IMG/VR virus record: IMGVR_UViG_3300046524_000073
Reading direction: 5' to 3' (one strand)
From: an uncultured virus (IMG/VR IMGVR_UViG_3300046524_000073)
Lineage: Duplodnaviria > Heunggongvirae > Uroviricota > Caudoviricetes
DNA length: 64,000 nt
The notes below the pieces were generated by a model. That model was not told where the DNA came from. It worked only from the letters and a program-made list of their open reading frames with translations, and did no database searches. The first letter of the stretch is position 1; every line of letters starts with the position of its first letter. Below, one piece after another: positions 62,856 to 64,000 of the stretch. A program made the position numbers and the translations under genes.

Positions 62856-63018
62856 CCCTCACGCACCTTCGCCCGCACGTTGATTGGCTAACGCGTTTCC
62901 AGCGGTAAGCCGGGCGGAGGTGCGCCCCTCGCAGCAAATCCCCAGGCGCTATCGGTCCTCCGCTTGGGGGCGTGTGTTTGGCCCGCTAGTTTAGGGGCCG
63001 CTTTTTTTGGAGGTCAAT

Positions 63019-64000
63019 ATGATTGGTTATGAGGAATTTATCGCGAATAAGGGCTACGCGGATCTTCCTACTGGATTTGACTATGACGTTCCGGTCGGCC
63101 CATTGTTCGACTTCCAGGCTGCTTGCGTCAAATGGGCGCTAAAGCGCGGTCGCGCGGCGTTGTTCGAGGATACCGGTCTCGGCAAGACATTACAGCAGAC
63201 CACGTGGGCGAAGTACGTCTGCGAGCACACTGGCGGCAACGTCATCATCGTGGCTCCCCTATGCGTCGCCCAGCAGACCGTCGAGGAAGCGGGCAAGTTC
63301 GACATTGCAATCAAATACTGCCGCCACGATTCGGAAGTGGAGGCGGGCATCACGATCACGAATTACGAAATGCTTGAGCACTTCGCGCTCGATTTGTTCG
63401 TCGGCGTGGTTCTGGATGAGAGTTCGATCCTGAAATCGCACAGCAGCAAGACCCGGGCATTCATCACGGATTCATTCCGCCGCACCCCATACAAGCTGTC
63501 ATGCACGGCGACGCCTAGCCCTAACGACTGGATGGAGCTAGGCAATCAAGCGGAATTTCTCGGCGTGATGAACGCTGTCGAAATGCTGTCTACGTTCTTC
63601 ACGCACGATGGCGGCGATACGGGCAACTGGCGTCTGAAGGGTCACGGCAAGGTCAAGTTTTGGGAGTGGATGGCGACGTGGGCAGTCTGTATCCGCAGCC
63701 CTGCCGACCTTGGTTTCGACGGCTCGCGCTATCTCCTGCCGCCGCTCGAACTCGTTGAGCATGTGGTGGAGAGTGATGCCGCGCCAGAAGGACAGCTTTT
63801 CACGATCATCGCTCAAAGCCTGACGGAGCGCCGGCAAGCGAAGAAAAGCACGATCGACCAGCGTATCGAGCTTGCAGCGAGCATCGCGAACAGCACCGAC
63901 GAGCCGGTCATTGTCTGGTGCCACCTGAATGAGGAAAGCGAGCGCCTGACAAAAGCTATTCCCGGCGCCGTCGAAGTGACTGGCTCAATGAAGCCCGAGC
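63019..64000 (+). CDS. SF2/SNF2-like helicase (runs off the window)
   Basis: GGAGG RBS; FDFQ...DTGLGKT (I), LDESS (II), CTATPSPND (III); no stop seen to the window end. Confidence 0.9.
   Translation, partial: MIGYEEFIANKGYADLPTGFDYDVPVGPLFDFQAACVKWALKRGRAALFEDTGLGKTLQQTTWAKYVCEHTGGNVIIVAPLCVAQQTVEEAGKFDIAIKYCRHDSEVEAGITITNYEMLEHFALDLFVGVVLDESSILKSHSSKTRAFITDSFRRTPYKLSCTATPSPNDWMELGNQAEFLGVMNAVEMLSTFFTHDGGDTGNWRLKGHGKVKFWEWMATWAVCIRSPADLGFDGSRYLLPPLELVEHVVESDAAPEGQLFTIIAQSLTERRQAKKSTIDQRIELAASIANSTDEPVIVWCHLNEESERLTKAIPGAVEVTGSMKPE

Larger units (their letters stand above)
1..64000. mobile_element. Near-complete temperate myovirus genome, circularly permuted, excised (attP) configuration
   Basis: Integration, immunity, replication, packaging, head, contractile tail and lysis modules all present; no host housekeeping genes; helicase split across the window ends. 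Confidence 0.93.

Noticed and set aside
1..64000. CRISPR array, diversity-generating retroelement, retron, IS element or tail-fibre invertase
   Set aside because: No repeat-spacer array, reverse transcriptase, transposase or serine invertase seen; diverged short repeats could be missed by eye.

Overview
The window is an almost complete temperate phage genome with lambda-like organisation and a contractile (myovirus) tail. The host is probably Burkholderiaceae; this is inferred from the roughly 60% GC (judged by eye) and the gene families. It appears circularly permuted and in the excised state. An SF2/SNF2-type helicase runs off the right end (63019-64000) and a plausible C-terminus of it re-enters at 1-183. 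The integrase is followed by a 3' tRNA-Ser fragment with arm-type repeats on both sides, as expected of attP. The early-left operon is on the + strand (55.8-64 kb, continuing at 1-6.9 kb): structured RNAs, ERF/SSB/Gp157/exonuclease, helicase, N4/N6 methylase, MazG, Xis, Int. An SOS-boxed SRAP divergon lies at 7.1-8.7 kb and the immunity region (cI/cro/cII-like) at 54-55.8 kb. On the - strand are the replication and nin-like region (45-54 kb), a Q-like gene with pR'/tR', and the late operon (terminase, head, tail, baseplate, several fibres, a GT-C moron, lysis and accessory genes; 45 kb down to 8.8 kb). The most notable items read from the sequence are: (1) a complete type II hammerhead ribozyme heading a cluster of structured RNAs in the pL transcript; (2) three tRNA-shaped non-coding elements; (3) a C5 DNA methyltransferase apparently split over two fully overlapping reading frames that share one Shine-Dalgarno; (4) a poly-C tract that toggles a gene fusion; (5) a built-in antiterminator repeat at pR'; (6) a stand-alone GT-C glycosyltransferase beside a signal-peptide-bearing fibre-like protein; (7) an unusual terminal late cassette (papain-like protease, DUF1353, candidate u-spanin). 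All family calls come from motif recognition and all RNA folds were paired by hand; no searches or folding programs were run.
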